Shown in pieces: positions 60,638-64,000 of a stretch of 64,000 bases of DNA (within the stretch, counting starts at the first letter, position 1; every line of letters begins with the position of its first letter). The notes under the pieces were generated by a model that saw only the letters and a list, made by a program, of their open reading frames with translations, was not told the DNA's origin and made no database searches. The position numbers and the translations under genes are program-made. Source of the DNA: an uncultured delta proteobacterium (GTDB lineage Bacteria > Myxococcota > Myxococcia > Myxococcales > Myxococcaceae); NCBI GenBank assembly GCA_963796055.1, contig CAWCKH010000004.1, forward strand, positions 3,232,001 through 3,296,000, in the 5' to 3' direction.

Positions 60638-61367
60638 GCCCTCGGGCCTCGAGGCTCCGGACCGAGAGTCCGCGGGCCTCGAGAGCCTGACGGAGATCGC
60701 CCAGCTCGCGCGCCGACGGTGGCCGGCTCGAGGACAGCCGGATGGCGATCGCCCCCGGTGCCACGCGCTGCAGCTCGAGCTGGCCCGGGAGCCGGCCCCG
60801 GAGGGTGAGCGCGAGCGATGGCCGGCCACTCCGGACGAACTGCTCGATGCGCTCCACCAGCGCGAGCGCCCGCTCCACCCGACCCGCCGACCCCGAGAGG
60901 GATGCGCCCCCTCCGGCGCCCGTGGGCGCGGCGGTGGCGCTCATTCCCGCTCCAGCCGCGAGCGGATTGGCGGTGCGTCCCGGAGGTGGCCCCTCCACGC
61001 GTGCCACTCCGGCGAGGGTCTCCGTGCGGGTGGCCGCCTCGGTCCGGAGCGCGGTGTGGAGCAGCTCGGCCGCCCGCGCCTCCAGCCGTCCGGTTGCCTT
61101 GGCAGTGGCGACCGCCCCGTCGGACAGGCGCCGGCGCGCGGAGGCGTCCATCTCCTTGCGGGCCGCACCGCGCAGCTCGCCCGTGGCCAGCGCGACACGC
61201 GGCTCGACCGACGTGCGGGACGGGGTCACCGTCCTTTGCCGGCGCGGCGGGGCCGGCGGCTTGCGGACCGGGCGGTCGGTCCGTGCCCGGAGCAGCTCCT
61301 CGAAGCGCTTTCGCCCCGGAGCGTTGGGCCGTTCACTCGGTGGTGGATCGACGCGTTCGGGCTGCAT
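60597..61367 (-). CDS. Hypothetical protein with a FliK/YscP-like C-terminal domain
   Basis: Low-complexity N-terminus, then [42 protein letters not shown]...[16 protein letters not shown]. It overlaps the fdxA 3' end convergently by 41 bp. Confidence 0.55.
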   Translation of the reverse strand: MQPERVDPPPSERPNAPGRKRFEELLRARTDRPVRKPPAPPRRQRTVTPSRTSVEPRVALATGELRGAARKEMDASARRRLSDGAVATAKATGRLEARAAELLHTALRTEAATRTETLAGVARVEGPPPGRTANPLAAGAGMSATAAPTGAGGGASLSGSAGRVERALALVERIEQFVRSGRPSLALTLRGRLPGQLELQRVAPGAIAIRLSSSRPPSARELGDLRQALEARGLSVRSLEARGLTASATDACSPCP

Positions 61368-61617
61368 GCGGCGCGGGTGAAACAAGGTTCGTGCCGGGGT
61401 TCCGCCCCCGGGAGCGGGTCCGCCCGGGGGTCCCTCGAGCGGGACGACCGTCCGGGCCGTGAGCTGTGGAGACCGAACACGAGCCGCAGTCCACGCGCGG
61501 TGTGCGCGTCGCGCGCGCACCTACCTGCGCAGGTCATTTCGCACCGGGCTGCCGCGCGTGCCCCAGGCTGCCGAGGGGTTGGCACGACAGTCGGATGCGG
61601 TAGGTTCCGGCCCCGGA

Positions 61618-62085
61618 ATGACGGCCCCCGACACCAAGCTCGTCATCGCCCAGGTGAAGAACGAGGCCGAGCTCTTCCAGGCGCTGGCCATCCGCGAGGT
61701 CGTCTTCATCGAGGAGCAGCACGTTCCCGAGACGATCGAGCGGGACGCGGAGGACGCACGCGCCTACCACCTGCTCGCCTTTGCCGAGGGCCACGCCATC
61801 GGCACCGGACGCCTGGTGGTGCTGCCCGCGGCCCCCGAGAGCGAGAAGGGCACCTGGGGGCAGATTGGTCGGATGGCGGTGCTCCAGTCGGAGCGCAAGC
61901 ACGGGGTGGGCAATCAGCTCCTCGCCGAGCTGGAGGGGGAGGCCCGCCGCCGGGGGTTGGCCGGTGTCCTGGTGCACGCGCAGCTGTACGCACTGGGATT
62001 CTACGAGCGCCACGGCTACCGGCCGGTGGGCGCGGTCTTCGAGGAGGCGGGCATCGACCACGTCGAGGCCCGCAAGCGACTGTAG
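61618..62085 (+). CDS. GNAT family N-acetyltransferase (ElaA/YjcF-like)
   Basis: IREVVFIEEQHVP, IGTGRL, IGRMAVLQSERKHGVG, HAQLYALGFYERHGY, FEEAGIDH. Confidence 0.9.
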   Translation: MTAPDTKLVIAQVKNEAELFQALAIREVVFIEEQHVPETIERDAEDARAYHLLAFAEGHAIGTGRLVVLPAAPESEKGTWGQIGRMAVLQSERKHGVGNQLLAELEGEARRRGLAGVLVHAQLYALGFYERHGYRPVGAVFEEAGIDHVEARKRL

Positions 62086-62101
62086 ATTCCGGAGTGAAGC
62101 G

Positions 62102-63352
62102 TCAGCCGACCGCGCGGGCCTCGCCGCGGGTCTTGCGGGGGCTCTCCACCATCCGCTCCAGAAAGCGTGGCAGCTGCAGCGCGCGCTCCACGCTCCGGGT
62201 CCGCAGCAGCCGGGCGCGCTCGCGGAATCCATCGCAGGCGAGCGCCAGCTGCTCCGACGCTGGCTGCAGATCCAGCACCTCGCGGATGCGCTGCAGCATC
62301 TCCTGCGTTCGCGGGGCGTAGAGGCCGAGCCGCTGGGTCTGGATGTAACCCACGTGGGCTCGCTCGCTTCCGGGGATGAAGTGGAAGAGGAGCAGCGGGC
62401 CGAGACCCACCTCGAGCAATTCCTGGAGCGTCGCCGGCGCGAGGCTTCCCAGCACCGGCACGTCGGCGAGCCCCATCAGCGCGGCGAGCACCTCGGAGGC
62501 CACGAAGCCAAAGAGGTGAAAGCCGTCGCGGGCCCGCGCACGGACCCGGGCCTCGAAGGTGCGATCTCGTCCGGCGACCACCACCACGTTCGCCGCCTCG
62601 CGCAGCGCGGGATCGGCGAGCACGGCGTCGAGCACCGGCTCGGTCTTGACGGTCCACGCCGAGCCGCCGAGAAAGAGCAGGGTGGGGCGTGAGAGGTCGA
62701 AGCCCGCGAACTCGGGATGCGCGGCCGTCACCTCGCCCTTCAGCGCGGCGCGCGCGGTGCCCCGGCCCTCGGAGCGGAGCCGCGCCCCGACGCGCACGAA
62801 GGGCTCGCGGGTGAGGAACCCGGAGAGGTGCAGCCGGGCCTCGGGCACGCCCAGTGCGCGGTAGTGCTCGAGCGTGGTCTCCTCCATCACGATGAGCGCG
62901 TCCGAGCGGAGCAAGGGCAGGGGCGGGTGGTACCCCGTGGCCGGGACACCGTAGTCGGGCACCGCAAGGACCAGCGGCGTCGAAAGCTCGAGCTCTCGGC
63001 GTACCCTGGCGAAGGCCATCGACTGCATCGGATGGGTGGTCACCAGGAGATCCAACGGCTCCTGCCCGAGCAGCGTCACTGCCTCGGTGTGCAGCTGCGG
63101 GCTCAGCGCCATCGCGGTCCTGAGCGCCCAGGGCTGGGCGCTCAGCTCGACGATCTTTCCCTGGAAGCGGGGAAGGAAGCGCACGCACACCGAGTAGAAC
63201 CGGTCGATGAGCTTGTCCGCCGAGCTCCACACCACCGGAGCGAGCCGCTGGTGCTCGGGGTCGACGCGGGCCAGCGCCGCGGCGAACGAGTCGCGGAGCG
63301 CATGGTGACCGCCTCCGGCGTTGAGCGAAGCGAGGAGGACGCGGCGGGTCAT
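62102..63352 (-). CDS. MGDG synthase / UgtP-like glycosyltransferase (GT28-related)
   Basis: AGGGHH, DLLVTTHP, VPDY, LFLGGS, VVVVAGRD, LFGFV, FIPGSE. ATG at 63352. Confidence 0.75.
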   Translation of the reverse strand: MTRRVLLASLNAGGGHHALRDSFAAALARVDPEHQRLAPVVWSSADKLIDRFYSVCVRFLPRFQGKIVELSAQPWALRTAMALSPQLHTEAVTLLGQEPLDLLVTTHPMQSMAFARVRRELELSTPLVLAVPDYGVPATGYHPPLPLLRSDALIVMEETTLEHYRALGVPEARLHLSGFLTREPFVRVGARLRSEGRGTARAALKGEVTAAHPEFAGFDLSRPTLLFLGGSAWTVKTEPVLDAVLADPALREAANVVVVAGRDRTFEARVRARARDGFHLFGFVASEVLAALMGLADVPVLGSLAPATLQELLEVGLGPLLLFHFIPGSERAHVGYIQTQRLGLYAPRTQEMLQRIREVLDLQPASEQLALACDGFRERARLLRTRSVERALQLPRFLERMVESPRKTRGEARAVG

Positions 63353-63445
63353 CGGGGATCCCGGTGCAGGCAGCGGGGCACTAACATTCCGCGCCGACGG
63401 TCGCCAGTTCCACGCGCATCGATGCTCCAACCTGCTTCACTCTCC

Positions 63446-64000
63446 TCAGCCGCGCCGGGACGCGGGGGGCGAGGCGTGGAGCGGGTCCTCCGGCCAGGCG
63501 TGCCGGGGGTACCGGCGTCCCAGCTCGCGCCGGAGGGAAGGGTAGTGCCGGCTCCAGAATCCGGCGAGGTCCTGGGTTACCTGGACGGCCCGCTGGTTGG
63601 GCGCGAGCAGGTGAAGCACCAGCGGGATCCGGCCGCGGGCGAGCGCCGGCCCCTCGCGCAGCCCGAAGAAGTCCTGGAGCCGGGAGGCGATCCACGGTGG
63701 CTGTCCAGGTTGGTAATGGACCTGGACCGAGCGGCCTCCGGGGAGCGTCATCCGCTCCGGCAGCTCGCGGGCCAGCAGACGGGCCGCCTCCGGCGAGAGC
63801 GCGCCGAGCAGCTCCCCGGCGGGATTCTGCCTCCCGGACCTCGGCGAGGCTCCTGCGACCGCGGCTGAGCACCGCGCCGAGGCCGGCCTCGTCCAGCTCG
63901 GGCCAGTGATGCTCGGGAAAGAGGGTGCGGGCGAGCTCCAGGCGGGCCCGGAGCGCCTCCAGCCTGCCGGTGTCGACGACGTTGCCCAGCCCACGGGCCC
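63446..64000 (-). CDS. hrpB: ATP-dependent helicase HrpB, C-terminal part (runs off the right edge); apparent +1 frameshift at ~63825
   Basis: [54 protein letters not shown]. The upstream frame ([12 protein letters not shown]...SLAEVREA) joins after removing one T of TT at 63825-63826. Confidence 0.9.
   Translation of the reverse strand, partial: GPVGWATSSTPAGWRRSGPAWSSPAPSFPSITGPSWTRPASARCSAAVAGASPRSGRQNPAGELLGALSPEAARLLARELPERMTLPGGRSVQVHYQPGQPPWIASRLQDFFGLREGPALARGRIPLVLHLLAPNQRAVQVTQDLAGFWSRHYPSLRRELGRRYPRHAWPEDPLHASPPASRRG

Overview
This very GC-rich, gene-dense window is a chromosomal segment from a myxobacterium (Myxococcota, Myxococcaceae-like). It carries aglZ, tsaP-dprA-topA, a complete TolQ/ExbB plus two TolR/ExbD motor, trmFO-aglU-xerC-hslVU-argD, a J-protein/Hsp70 module, coaE, engB, pyrD, folD, metF, gcvTHP, tRNA-Cys, asd, fdxA and the 3' end of hrpB. 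Most of it is conserved core genome. I saw no CRISPR array, transposase, prophage or defence island. Six conserved genes each have a single-base frameshift at a doubled base or homopolymer, which points to long-read consensus errors rather than biology. Most of the long ORFs in the supplied track are antisense shadows of GC-rich genes. The best leads are: a highly base-paired ~160 nt element between gcvH and gcvP; a separately promoted J-TPR/Hsp70/Pro-rich-repeat operon; several enzyme paralogs with substituted catalytic residues (Lgt-like, adenosine-deaminase-like, extended SDR, DksA-like); a beta-propeller surface lipoprotein; an orphan FliK-like protein; and a MarR gene remnant. None of these is proven to be a new system. 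All family assignments come from motif recognition by eye, with no database searches.
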